From: an uncultured Actinomycetota bacterium
GTDB lineage: Bacteria; Actinomycetota; Actinomycetes; Actinomycetales; Microbacteriaceae
Direction: 5' to 3'
DNA: 64,000 nt
Assembly (NCBI GenBank): GCA_963717585.1
Contig: CAVQWI010000004.1
Location: 16,299 to 80,298 of the forward strand
Shown here one piece after another: positions 1-10,067 of the stretch. How positions within the stretch are numbered: position 1 is the stretch's first letter; the number at the start of each line of letters is the position of its first letter. Both the position numbers and the translations under genes were made by a program. Under the pieces are notes generated by a model. That model did no database searches. It had not been told where the DNA came from and saw only the letters and a list, made by a program, of their open reading frames with translations.

Positions 1-479
1 ACGGCAGCCCGGCGGCGGCCGTGGCCCGCTCGATCTCGCCCCCCAGGCCCAGAACAGCCACCGGGCGTCCGAGCCGGGCGGAGAGGTCGGCGATCGCGAC
101 CAGGACGGCGTCGGCCTCGGCCGCGTCGGCGGTGACCGCGTGGTACAGCGCGCCGTGCGGCTTCACGTATCGCACGTCGGCTCCCGCGTCGACGAGTGCC
201 GCGAGCTGCTCCGCGATCGTGGCGGTGAGCTCGGCCGGGGTCAGCGACATCGGGACACGGCCGAAGCCGGCGCGGTCGGGATAGGACGGATGGGCGCCGA
301 CGGCGACGCCGAACCGCGCGGCCGCGGTCGACCGACTGGGCGAGGGATGCGGCATCCCCCGCGTGCCCGCCGCAGGCGATGCTGGCGCTGGAGATGACGG
401 CGAACATCGCCTCGTCGTCGGCCGTCGGAACGCCCGCGACGGTCTCACCCAGGTCGGCATTGAGGTCGATCCACGCCAT
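1..479 (-). CDS. pxpA: 5-oxoprolinase subunit A (LamB/YcsF family); runs off the window edge; apparent +1 frameshift near 325
   Basis: Manual translation from ATG at 479 gives MAWIDLNADLGE...SSASIACGGHAGD; after one extra base it resumes FGVAVGAHPSYPDRAGFGR, the LamB/YcsF signature. Confidence 0.85.
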   Translation of the reverse strand, partial: MAWIDLNADLGETVAGVPTADDEAMFAVISSASIACGGHAGDAASLAQSVDRGRAVRRRRRRPSVLSRPRRLRPCPDVADPGRAHRHDRGAARGTRRRGSRRAIREAARRAVPRGHRRRGRGRRRPGRDRRPLRPARTPGGCSGPGGRDRAGHGRRRAA

Positions 480-545
480 GCTCCACGGTAACGCCGGGCG
501 GCGCGCCGCGCTGCGATGCGCGGCTGGATCAGGCAGGTCAGCGGT

Positions 546-648
546 GTGTGCACGAACTCCGCCTGGTTGCGCGCACGACTTCGTGCGGGCCGCAGAGAAT
601 CGCAGACTCGCGCCGGTGCGAACGCGAACCAGCCTGAGTTGTGACACG
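546..648. repeat. About 100 bp intergenic element with imperfect terminal inverted repeats (MITE/REP-like)
   Basis: GTGCACGAACTCCGCCTGGTT...AACCAGCCTGAGTTGTGACAC; ends resemble the element at 62559-62658. Confidence 0.5.
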
Positions 649-744
649 CTCCATCGGCGGCAGGACACGCCCCGGCGAGTTACGACTGAGTAAAGCTCGC
701 GCCCTGCGGATGCGCCGCACACCGCCGCCAGGCAGGATGGACGC

Positions 745-2505
745 ATGGCCCGATCCACCGAGCGCGTCGCCGCCGGCACGCAGCTCCTCCAGGTCCGCGA
801 CGTCGCGGTCGAATTCCGGACCGTGGACGGCACGGTGCACGCCGTCGAGGGCGTCGACCTCGACCTCGCCGCGGGTGAGACGCTCGCCATCGTCGGCGAG
901 TCCGGCTCCGGCAAGTCCACGACGGCGATGGCGGTCATCGGACTGCTGCCGGGCAACGGCCAGGTCACGAAGGGCAGCATCCTCTTCGAGGGCGAAGACC
1001 TCGTGGGCGCGCCCGAGAGCGTGATGCGCGGCATCCGCGGCGGGTCGATCGGGCTCGTCCCGCAGGATCCGATGTCGAACCTCAATCCGGTCGCGAAGAT
1101 CGGCACCCAGGTCGCCGAGACGCTTCTCGCCCACGGGCTGGCCACCCGCAAGGACGTCGACCGCAGGGTGGTCGAGACGCTCGCTGCGGCCGGGCTTCCC
1201 GATGCCGCCGCGCGCGCCAAGCAGTATCCCCACGAGTTCTCCGGCGGCATGCGCCAGCGCGCCCTCATCGCGATCGGGCTGGCGTGCAATCCCAAGCTGC
1301 TGATCGCGGATGAGCCGACGAGCGCACTGGACGTCACCGTCCAGCGCACCATCCTCGATCAGCTGGAGCGCATGACCGGCGAGCTCGGCACGGCGCTGAT
1401 GCTGATCACGCACGATCTCGGACTCGCCGCCGAGCGGGCTTCGCGCGTCGTCGTCATGCACCGCGGGCGGATCGTCGAGCAGGGCCCCGCCCGGCAGATC
1501 CTCGAGGACCCGCAGGAGCCCTACACGCAGGCACTCGTCAGGGCCGCGCCGTCGGTCGCGGCCGTGCGCCTGCGGCCCGAAGCGTTCCGCAAGCTCACCT
1601 CGACCTCCGACGAGGCGACGGATGCCGCGGCATCCGACGTGGCGCCGGCAGTCACCGTCGTCGAGCCGGAGAGGCCCGCGACGGTCGTCGAGACCGGGGC
1701 GACCGCGCCCGCCGCGCCGGACTACATCGTCGAGGTCGAAGACCTCACGAAGGTGTTCAAGGTCCGCGGCAGCAAAGAGGACTTCGTCGCCGTCAACAAC
1801 GTCTCGTTCGCCATTCCGCGCGGCGAGACGGTCGCGATCGTGGGCGAATCGGGATCCGGCAAGACCACGACGGCCCGCATGGTGCTGAAGGTCATCGACC
1901 CGACCAGCGGCATCATCCGCTTCGACGGGCAGGATGTCGCGAGCCTCAAGAGCAAGCAGCTGAGCTCGTTCCGCCAGCGCGTGCAGCCGATCTTCCAGGA
2001 CCCGTACTCCTCGCTGAATCCGATGTTCTCGATCGAGCGGCTCATCCAGGAGCCGCTGGACTTCTACAAGCGCGGCTCCTCGAAGGAGCGCACCGCGCGC
2101 GTGCGACAGCTGCTGGATGACGTCGCGCTCCCGCAGTCGATGATGCGCCGGTATCCGTCCGAGCTGTCCGGCGGTCAGCGGCAGCGCGTCGCGATCGCCC
2201 GGGCGCTGGCCCTATCACCCGATCTGATCGTCTGCGACGAGCCGGTGTCCGCACTGGACGTGCTCGTGCAGGACCAGATCCTGCGCCTCCTCGGCGACCT
2301 GCAGACCGAGTACGGCCTGAGCTACCTGTTCATCTCGCACGACCTCGCAGTCGTCCGGCTGATCAGCGACTACGTGTGCGTGATGAAGGACGGCCGTCTG
2401 GTCGAGGCGGCGACATCCGAGGAGATCTTCACCAACCCGCGCGATGCCTACACGCGCCGGCTTCTGGCGTCGATCCCGGGCAACGAGCTCGACATCGCCG
2501 TCTGA
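745..2505 (+). CDS. Dipeptide/oligopeptide ABC transporter ATP-binding protein (two fused NBDs)
   Basis: Two Walker A motifs GESGSGKS/GESGSGKT, signatures FSGGMRQR and LSGGQRQR, DEP Walker B. Confidence 0.95.
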   Translation: MARSTERVAAGTQLLQVRDVAVEFRTVDGTVHAVEGVDLDLAAGETLAIVGESGSGKSTTAMAVIGLLPGNGQVTKGSILFEGEDLVGAPESVMRGIRGGSIGLVPQDPMSNLNPVAKIGTQVAETLLAHGLATRKDVDRRVVETLAAAGLPDAAARAKQYPHEFSGGMRQRALIAIGLACNPKLLIADEPTSALDVTVQRTILDQLERMTGELGTALMLITHDLGLAAERASRVVVMHRGRIVEQGPARQILEDPQEPYTQALVRAAPSVAAVRLRPEAFRKLTSTSDEATDAAASDVAPAVTVVEPERPATVVETGATAPAAPDYIVEVEDLTKVFKVRGSKEDFVAVNNVSFAIPRGETVAIVGESGSGKTTTARMVLKVIDPTSGIIRFDGQDVASLKSKQLSSFRQRVQPIFQDPYSSLNPMFSIERLIQEPLDFYKRGSSKERTARVRQLLDDVALPQSMMRRYPSELSGGQRQRVAIARALALSPDLIVCDEPVSALDVLVQDQILRLLGDLQTEYGLSYLFISHDLAVVRLISDYVCVMKDGRLVEAATSEEIFTNPRDAYTRRLLASIPGNELDIAV

Positions 2506-2526
2506 CACCTCCGCCGCCTGCCGACG

Positions 2527-3486
2527 TCAGCGCATGCGGGTCCGCGGGTCCATTGCTTCGCGCAGCGCCTCGCCGAGCAGCGTGAACCCCAGCGCGGTGA
2601 TCGTGATGCAGATGCCCGGAAGGAACGCGAGCCACGGCGCGATGGCCAGCTCCGCCTGCGCGTAGGTCAGCATGCGACCCCACTCCGCGGTCTCGGGGCG
2701 CCCGCCGCCGAGGCCGAGGTAGGACAGCGCGGCCGCCTCGATGACGGCCGTCGCAAGGCTCAGGGTTCCCTGCACGATGACGGGTCCGACCGAGTTCGGA
2801 AGAACGTGGCTCATCGTGATCTTGCCGCGCCCGAGGCCGAGCGTCTGCGCCGACAGCACGTAGTCGGCACTGCGCTGCTGCAGCATCGACGAGCGCAGCA
2901 GGCGCGCGAAGATCGGCACCTGCGCGACTCCGATCGCGATCATCACCGAGAACGGGTTCTGGCCGAGCAGCGCGGCGATCGAGACGGCGAGCAGGAGGCT
3001 CGGCACCGAGAGCAGGATGTCGACGAAGCGCATCAGGATGTTGTCGACCTGGCCGCCGAACATGCCGGCGATGAGGCCGATGAGCATGCCGCCGATCATG
3101 CCGAAGGCAGTGGAGACGATGCCGATGATGAGCGATGCCTGCGCGCCCCAGATGAGCTTGGAGAGCACGTCGCCGCCGAAGCGGTCGAGGCCGAGCGGGA
3201 ACTGCGGCAGGTCACCCGGCCCGGGGATGTAGGTCGGGGTGATGTACTCCTGCCCCGGCAGCGCATTCGGCGGGTAGGGCGCGAGCCAGGGTGCGAAGAC
3301 GGCGACGAGCACGAAGATCAGGACGATGATGCCGCCGAACCACGCCGACGGATTGCGGCGGAGGCGTGCCCAGACGTCGCGCCAGAACCCGCCTCGGGTG
3401 CGGGCGGCGAGCAGTTCGTGGTCGACGACCTCGTTGTCGTCGACGGGACCGCCCGCCGGGGCGGGTGGGAGCATGGCAGAGGTCAT
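2527..3486 (-). CDS. Peptide ABC transporter permease (DppC/OppC type)
   Basis: LGLDRFGGDVLS and EAA-like loop YVLSAQTLG; start MTSAML preceded by AGGAGG; the ORF track fuses it to the upstream permease because of a frameshift. Confidence 0.9.
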   Translation of the reverse strand: MTSAMLPPAPAGGPVDDNEVVDHELLAARTRGGFWRDVWARLRRNPSAWFGGIIVLIFVLVAVFAPWLAPYPPNALPGQEYITPTYIPGPGDLPQFPLGLDRFGGDVLSKLIWGAQASLIIGIVSTAFGMIGGMLIGLIAGMFGGQVDNILMRFVDILLSVPSLLLAVSIAALLGQNPFSVMIAIGVAQVPIFARLLRSSMLQQRSADYVLSAQTLGLGRGKITMSHVLPNSVGPVIVQGTLSLATAVIEAAALSYLGLGGGRPETAEWGRMLTYAQAELAIAPWLAFLPGICITITALGFTLLGEALREAMDPRTRMR

Positions 3487-3521
3487 GCGGCTCCTCCTGT
3501 CGCGGCATCGGTCTGAATCGA

Positions 3522-4527
3522 TCATGAGACCCTCACTCTCGGGTCGATGAAGCGAGTACGACACGTCCACCGCGAGGTTGATGAAGGCATAGCCGATGGC
3601 GATGAAGATGATGAACCCCTGCAGGACGGCGTAGTCCCGCTCGAAGATGGCGTCGGCCATGAACTGGCCGATGCCGGGATACGCGAACACCTTCTCGGTG
3701 AGCACCGCGCCCGAGATCAGCAGTCCGGTCTGCAGGCCGATCGTGGTGACGACCGGGAGCATCGCGTTGCGCAGGATGAACCGGTTGCGGATCGTCCCCT
3801 GCGAGACGCCCTTCGCGCGGCCGGTGCGCACGTAGTCGGCGTTCTGCACCTCGAGCACGGAGGCTCGGGTGATGCGCACGATGATCGCGAGCGGAATGGT
3901 GCCGAGGGCGATCGCCGGCAGGATCAGGTGCTGGATCGCATCCCAGGCAGCATCGAACTCCCCCGTCAGGATGCCGTCGAGCACGTAGAAGCCGGTCGGA
4001 TGCGTCGCATCGATCCGCGGATCCTGGCGCCCGTCCGAAGGCAGCCAGCCCAGCTGGACGGCGAAGACGTACTTGAGGATGAACGCGAGGAAGAACACCG
4101 GGATCGTGATGCCGATGAGGCTCGAGGCGACCGCGAAGTGGTCGGAGAACTTGCCGTGCCGGCGGGCGGCCCAGTACCCCAGCGGGATGCCGAACCCGAC
4201 CGCGAAGATGAGCGCAGCGATCGCGAGTTCGAGCGTCGCCGGGAAGCGCCGGGCGAACTCCTCCAGCACCAGCCGGCTCGTCATGATCGATGCGCCGAAG
4301 TTGCCCTGCAGGAGCGAGCCGATCCACGTGAAGTACTGCTCGATGATCGGGCGGTTGAACCCGTAGAGCTCGTTGATCCGCTCGACCGCCTCGGGGGTCG
4401 CCTTCTCGCCGAGGATGGCGACCGCGGGGCCGCCGGGAAGCGAGCGCACCCAGATGAACAGCAGGATCGACAGACCGATCAGGGTGGGGATCAGGTAGAG
4501 GATCCGTTTGCCGATGACGCGCAGCAC
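3522..4527 (-). CDS. Peptide ABC transporter permease (DppB/OppB type); apparent +1 frameshift near 3552
   Basis: RFPATLEL and DYVRTGRAKG motifs; removing one base restores the canonical end YS(F/L)IDPRVRVS-stop at 3522. Confidence 0.9.
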
Positions 4528-4586
4528 TGAGGGGGACTCCGAAGGTCAGAGGTGGTCGGGAGCGTTCGCCGGGAGAGAGCAGTAAA

Positions 4587-4629
4587 GCGGATGCCGCGGG
4601 AGGGCCAGTCGGCCGACCCGCGGCATCCG
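4587..4629. terminator. Intergenic hairpin after the peptide-binding protein gene (terminator or mRNA stabiliser)
   Basis: CGGATGCCGCGGG...CCCGCGGCATCCG 13-bp inverted repeat. Confidence 0.6.
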
Positions 4630-4637
4630 TACGATCT

Positions 4638-6307
4638 CTACTCGGTGAGCTCGATCAGGTTGAACACCTCGTCGTTGACGGGGCTTGCCGGGTACGACGT
4701 CACGCGCGGGTCGAACGCCAGCGAGGGCGCCGGGTGCGCGAGCGGGATGCCCGGGTTGAACTCGGCGATCATCTCGTTGATCGCCTTGTACTGCTCGGTC
4801 TGCTCGTCGATGTCCGCGGTGCCGCGGGCCTCGGTGAGCGCAGCGAACAGCTCGGGGTTGTCGAAGCCCCACTCGTTCGAGGCCCGGCCGAAGAACACAC
4901 CCACGAAGTTGTCGGTGTCGTTGTAGTCGCCGGTCCAGCCGAGGAGGTGCAGGCCGTGGTCGGCGCCGCCCTGGATGCGGTCGAGGTACGCCGGGTTCCA
5001 CTCGTTGCCCGTCGGGGTGACGGTGATCCCCACGGCCTCCAGCTGCGAGGCCAGGTTGGTGAAGATCTGCTCCGGGTTGGGCATGTACGGCCGCGACACG
5101 TTCGTCGGGTAGTTGAACATCAGCGTCAGACCGTCGGGGTAGCCCGCCTGGGTCAGCAGCTGCTTGGCCAGCTCCGGGTCGTACTCGTACGTGGTGACGT
5201 CCTCGTTCCAGCCGGTGACCACCGGCGGGATGAACTGCGACGCGACCTCGGTGCCCTCGGGGAGCACCTGCGTGACGAGCGCCTCCTTGTCGATCGCGTG
5301 GGCGATCGCCTCGCGGACCAGCGGGTTCGCCAGCTCAGGGACGGCCTGGTTCATGCCGAGGTACAGGATCGTGAACGGGTCACGCTGCATCACGTTGTAA
5401 CCGGCGTCTTCGAGCTGCGCGGTGTCGGCCGGTGCGACGAGGTCGTAGCCGTCGATGTCGCCCGACTCGAGCGCCTGGCGGCGTGCGGTCGGGTCGGTGA
5501 TCACACGGAAGATGATCTCCTGCACCTGGCCTTGCTCGCCCCAGTAGTCGGGGTTCGCCTGCAGGGTGACCTGCTCGCCGGGCTGCCACGAGTCGAACGT
5601 GAACGGTCCGGTCCCGACCGGGTTTCCTTCGGCGTACGGGGTCAGCGTCGGCGCCTCTTCGGTTCCTCCGACGGCGTCGGCGTCGAACTCGGTCAGGGCC
5701 GTCGGGCTCTGCATCGAGAACGCCGGCAGCGAGAGCGCGGCGATGAAGCCGGCGAACGGCTGCGTCAGGGTGACCGTCGCGTGAGTGGCGTCGTCGGCCG
5801 TGCACGAGTCGTACACCGCGGTGTCGGGAGTGTCGGCGAAGCCCTTGAACAGCGAGACGTAGTAGTACGAGAGGCTCTCGGACTGCGCGAGCCCGGTCCA
5901 GTTGTACCAGCGCTCGAAGTTCGTGCAGACGGCTTCGGCGTCGAAGTCGGTGCCGTCGTGGAACTTCACGCCTTCCTTCAGCGTGAACGTGTAGGACAGT
6001 CCGTCGTCGGACTGCTCCCAGCTCTCGGCGAGCAGCGGCGCGGGGTCGGCCGTACCCGGCTCGACGCCGACGAGGCCCTCGAAGATCTGACGCGAGATGC
6101 GGAACGTCTCGCCGTCGCTCGCGAAGGCGGGGTCGAGGCCCGCGGGGTCGTTCGACGCCGCGAAGACGAACGTGCTGTCGACGTCGGACGATTCCTCGTC
6201 CGTGCCGCCGCCGTCGCGCTCGCTGGCGCATCGCGCGTGAGCACGATCGCGCCCATGGCGACGATCGCGGCGCCGGTCATCCAGCGCTTTCTCGAACTGT
6301 GGAGCAT
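4638..6307 (-). CDS. Peptide ABC transporter substrate-binding lipoprotein (family 5); frameshift near 6232 at the lipobox
   Basis: FHDGTDFDAEAV and PVGTGPF motifs; signal peptide MLHSSRKRWMTGAAIVAMGAIVLT lies in a different frame from CASERD. Confidence 0.9.
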
Positions 6308-6418
6308 CTGCTGTGCACCTTCCATGAATGTGCGGGCGACCGGCAGCGCGGGTTTCACGCCGGCCTCGCCCGCAAGGGTGTGATGCTACGACGCTACCTG
6401 CGCGCGGGCGCAACGACC

Positions 6419-6445
6419 ATTACACCTGGGTCTCGATTGTGTTTC
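6419..6445 (-). promoter_or_regulatory. Putative GlnR-type box upstream of the peptide ABC operon
   Basis: Minus strand GAAAC-n6-GAGAC-n6-GTAAT; 11-bp periodicity as in the GTnAC-n6-GAAAC GlnR consensus. Confidence 0.45.
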
Positions 6446-6498
6446 GGCTCGGGCGATCGCTTTCCGCCTCGCGGCCGCGCCCCGGCTACCGTGGGGGC

Positions 6499-7362
6499 AT
6501 GGCCCGAGCCCGGTTCGAGGAACCACCCGCATCCGTGCGCCTGTCGGACGGCACCCTGGCGCATGTGGTCCGCTCCGCCTACGCCGGCGGGTGGGAGCTG
6601 GCCGTCGACGGCACTCCGCAGTCGCACGTCGACCTCGACGACCCCACGCATCTGCACTTCGAGTACGTGGCGCGGATGGGTGCGGTGATCGATCTGCTGC
6701 GGATGCCGGGACAGCCGCTGACCGCCGTGCATCTCGGCGCCGGCGCGATGACGCTGCCGCGCTACGTGCACGCCACACGACCGGGATCGCGCCAGCAGGT
6801 GATCGAGCTGGAACCCGCCCTCGTCGAGCTCGTCCGCACCGAGCTGCCGCTGCCGCGAGGAGCGGCGATCCGCGTGCGGATCGGCGACGCGCGTGAGGGG
6901 CTGGGCCGCCTGCCCGGGGCTATGGTCGGCAACGTCGACCTGCTCGTCTCCGACGTCTACGCCGGCTCGCAGACTCCCGCGCACCTGACGACGGTCGAGT
7001 TCTACACCGCCGCCGAGCGGCTGCTGGCGCCGGACGGCGTGCTGCTGGTCAACGTCGCGGACGGCGCCGGCCTCGCGTTCGCGCGGCGCCAGGTGGCGAC
7101 CGTCCGGGCGGTCTTCCCGAACGTCGTGGTCCTCGCCGAGGTGCAGGTGCTGAAGGGTCGTCGCTTCGGAAACCTCGTCATCGCGGCATCCCGATCGCCC
7201 CTGCCCTCCGACTGGCTGCCCCGGCTGATGGCGGCCGGGCCCCATCCGGCGAAGGTCGCACAGGGGGCGGAGCTGGACGAGTTCGTCCGCAGCGCTCGCG
7301 TGGCGACGGATGCCGACGCCACTCCGTCGCCCAAACCGGCGGCATCCGTCTTCGAACGCTGA
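6499..7362 (+). CDS. Spermidine synthase-like SAM-dependent methyltransferase
   Basis: VDGTPQSHVD, HLGAGAMTL, GDAR motifs; leaderless -10 TACCGT 6 nt before ATG. Confidence 0.85.
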   Translation: MARARFEEPPASVRLSDGTLAHVVRSAYAGGWELAVDGTPQSHVDLDDPTHLHFEYVARMGAVIDLLRMPGQPLTAVHLGAGAMTLPRYVHATRPGSRQQVIELEPALVELVRTELPLPRGAAIRVRIGDAREGLGRLPGAMVGNVDLLVSDVYAGSQTPAHLTTVEFYTAAERLLAPDGVLLVNVADGAGLAFARRQVATVRAVFPNVVVLAEVQVLKGRRFGNLVIAASRSPLPSDWLPRLMAAGPHPAKVAQGAELDEFVRSARVATDADATPSPKPAASVFER

Positions 7363-7476
7363 AGACCCATCTCTGCCGTCTCCGCCTCTCGTCGTGAGCG
7401 GCGTGCCCTCGTCGCTGCGCGACGGCGCCGGGGCACACTGGAGGAGCGAATCTGGTCGCGCGGAGAGGAGTCCACG

Positions 7477-8004
7477 GTGAGCTACATCCACGGGTATGAC
7501 CCCGACACGCTGCGTGAGCAGGTCGATCCGCGCGAGTGCAAGGACCGCCTCGAAGAGATCGGCGAGCAGCGCAGTCTTCCGGCGCTGCTCGAGCGCGTCT
7601 GGCTGCTGAAGGTGCTGGGGCGACTGGAGGACTCGCTGGTGCTGTCGGAGCAGTCGGTTCGCGTCGCTCGCATGGCCGGCACGCGCAAAGACCTCCTCCG
7701 GGCGCGCATCCTGCACGCATCGGTGCTGCAGTACCGCGGCGCGTACGCTGCGGCCGAGCAGGAGCTGACCTCGTGCGCCTACGAGGCCGAGGGCCAGGAC
7801 TGGAACGCGATCGCAGCCTTCGCGTATCAGCACCGCGGCAAGGTGCACTATGACGCCGGCGATTTCGTGTCGGCGCGAGCCGACTTCAAGCGGGCGCTGT
7901 TCCTCCGCCAGGAGTCCGGCGCGTCGGACGATCAGCTCGAGTCGAGCCTCCTCGCGATCGACGCTGCCGACCGCCGGCGCACGAGCGCGTCCGTCGCCAG
8001 CTGA
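7477..8004 (+). CDS. Tetratricopeptide repeat protein
   Basis: TPR-like helices, AYQHRGKVHYDAGDFVSARADFKRAL. Confidence 0.75.
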   Translation: MSYIHGYDPDTLREQVDPRECKDRLEEIGEQRSLPALLERVWLLKVLGRLEDSLVLSEQSVRVARMAGTRKDLLRARILHASVLQYRGAYAAAEQELTSCAYEAEGQDWNAIAAFAYQHRGKVHYDAGDFVSARADFKRALFLRQESGASDDQLESSLLAIDAADRRRTSASVAS

Positions 8005-8057
8005 GCCGCGCACCGATCCCCCGCTCAGTGTCGTAGGTACGTTCTACTCTCACCGCC

Positions 8058-8546
8058 ATGTCGGAACTCTCTCGCGTGCGCATCTGGGCAGATGCGCTGA
8101 TCGCCCGTCACCTCGATGCCTCCTGGTCGTTCGGGTTCGACAACGCCAAACGGCGGGCCGGCCTGTGCGACTACACGCGCAAGCGCATCAGCGTGTCCAG
8201 ATATCTCGCCGCACGCTACGACGACGACACCAATCACCAGACCCTGCTTCACGAAGTCGCCCACGCGATCGCCGGCGCCTCGGCGGGGCACGGAACCAAG
8301 TGGAAGGCCGTCGCACGTGACCTCGGCTACGTCGGCGGCACGACGCATCACGGCGAGACCGCGACCGAGCTGGCTCCCTGGATCGGCGTCTGCCCGGCGG
8401 GGCACCTGGCGTACCGGCACCGCCGCGTGACCCGGCCCACCTCGTGTGCGAAGTGCGCCCCGCGGTTCGACGAGCGATTCGTCTTCGCGTGGACCCGCCG
8501 GGAGATCAGCCCGGCCACGCGACTGGCAGCCCTGACTCCGCGGTAG
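8058..8546 (+). CDS. SprT-like zinc metalloprotease domain protein
   Basis: HEVAH, HG..WK and C-terminal CPAGH...CAKC zinc ribbon. Confidence 0.9.
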   Translation: MSELSRVRIWADALIARHLDASWSFGFDNAKRRAGLCDYTRKRISVSRYLAARYDDDTNHQTLLHEVAHAIAGASAGHGTKWKAVARDLGYVGGTTHHGETATELAPWIGVCPAGHLAYRHRRVTRPTSCAKCAPRFDERFVFAWTRREISPATRLAALTPR

Positions 8547-8653
8547 GTCTTGGCGGCGCCGCTCGCCGGCGTTCATCCGTCACCGATGCACGCGTTCCTG
8601 CTCGCGTGGTGTACACCGGTGACGGATGAACGGGAGGGCGGACGGGCCGTGCT

Positions 8654-9296
8654 TCAGAACGCGCGGAAGACACCGCCCCGCAGGACCGGGACCACGGATG
8701 CCGCATCCACCGCGGCCGCAGCCACCACCTCGTCGACGCGGCCGGCGTCGGCGAGCTCGCGCCCCGAACCGCTCGCGGTCACCAGGTGCCTCGCGGCGCG
8801 GCTGAGTGCGCGGAACGACTCGCCCGCAACAGCGGCCTCGGGCGAGGTGTGATCGATGCCGAGCGTGCCGAGGGCGTCGACGATCGCCCCGGCGCCGAGC
8901 TGGTCTTCGACGGCGAACCGCAGATGCGCGTCGGCAGCCCGCCCGGTGAGCTCGCCGCAGGCGACGATCGCGATGCTGGTGCGGGCGCCGCGGCGCTCCT
9001 GCTCGGCGTAGACGGTGCGTGCCACCGCCGTCGCGTTCCGCAGCCCGCCCAGCAGCACGAGTCGCTCCGGCACGCCCCGCCGCTTCCGCCACGGCCGCGC
9101 CGTTGACCGAGACGGCGTGGGCTGCGGCATCCAGCGGGAATGCGTCGCCGTTCTCGAGGGCCCGGATGACAGTCGTCGAGAAGCGCAGCACATCGACCAC
9201 GACCACGACGTCGGGCTGCGCGAGCCTCACCAGCCCGTCCAGTCCCCAGTCCATGCGCACCTGATAGGTGGACTGATCGAAGGGATTCGGCGGCAC
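8654..9296 (-). CDS. 2-phosphosulfolactate phosphatase family protein; +1 frameshift near 9062
   Basis: VVVDVLRFSTT, SVNG, GLRNA and FAVEDQLGAG motifs split across two frames. Confidence 0.85.
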
Positions 9297-9430
9297 CCGT
9301 CCAGCGTACGGGCGCGCTCGCGCCGAAGCGGGTCGCGATGAGGTCGACCGGCACAGACTCAGCGCGCAAGCCGAGGCGGCAGACGAGGGCGGCGCGGCTC
9401 GCACGGCGCCCCGGATGCGAGACTGGATCG

Positions 9431-9955
9431 ATGCGCATCCTGCTGAAGCTCGTGATCGACTGCGACGCGGATGCCGCGTGGCGGGCTCTGCATTCTCCCC
9501 GTGCCGTGGCCGAACTGTACGGCCCGCTCATGGAGCTCTCCCCGCTCGTGCCAGGCGGGCTGCCGACCTCGTGGGAGCCCGGCGACGATGTGCCGGTGCA
9601 GCTGTCGCTCGCCGGCGTCGTGCCGATGGGGCGTCAGCTCATCCACACCAGCGACCGCAGCACCCAGGACGCGAACGGGTCCGTCCGCATCTTCCGCGAC
9701 AGCGGCATCCCGCTCACCGGCCCGCTCGCGAGCCTCGACGTGTGGGACCACCAGATGGCCATCTCCGCCGCGCCCGGCGATCCGACGAAGACGCTGTGGC
9801 GCGATCGGCTCGTGATCGGCGGACCGACCGCGCTGGCGCTGTGGCCTCTGCTGTGGACCACCTGGCAGTGGCGCGCATCGCGGATCCGCGCCCTGGCGCC
9901 GACCTGGGCGCACGATCCCGAGCCCGCGTCCGAGAGCGACGACGCGCCGGCGTGA
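9431..9955 (+). CDS. Conserved hypothetical protein (possibly SRPBCC-like fold)
   Basis: Host-like codon usage; MRILLKLVIDCDADAAW...WDHQM; fold assignment is an inference. Confidence 0.65.
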   Translation: MRILLKLVIDCDADAAWRALHSPRAVAELYGPLMELSPLVPGGLPTSWEPGDDVPVQLSLAGVVPMGRQLIHTSDRSTQDANGSVRIFRDSGIPLTGPLASLDVWDHQMAISAAPGDPTKTLWRDRLVIGGPTALALWPLLWTTWQWRASRIRALAPTWAHDPEPASESDDAPA

Positions 9956-9999
9956 AACCTGTACGCGGTCGATCGCGATCGGCCTGCGTCCTGGGAAGA

Positions 10000-10063
10000 C
10001 GGATGCCGCGGTCCCAGCCAGACCGCGGCATCCGACTCCCGTCCGTCCCCCGACTGGACGGGC
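10000..10063. terminator. Two hairpins between convergent genes
   Basis: CGGATGCCGCGGTC/GACCGCGGCATCCG, then CCCGTCC/GGACGGG. Confidence 0.6.
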
Positions 10064-10067
10064 GTCT

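Noticed and set aside
2527-4527. 666-aa fused double permease in the ORF track
   Set aside because: One extra base near 3552 causes read-through; the canonical IDPR end and a separate RBS and ATG for the second permease are present
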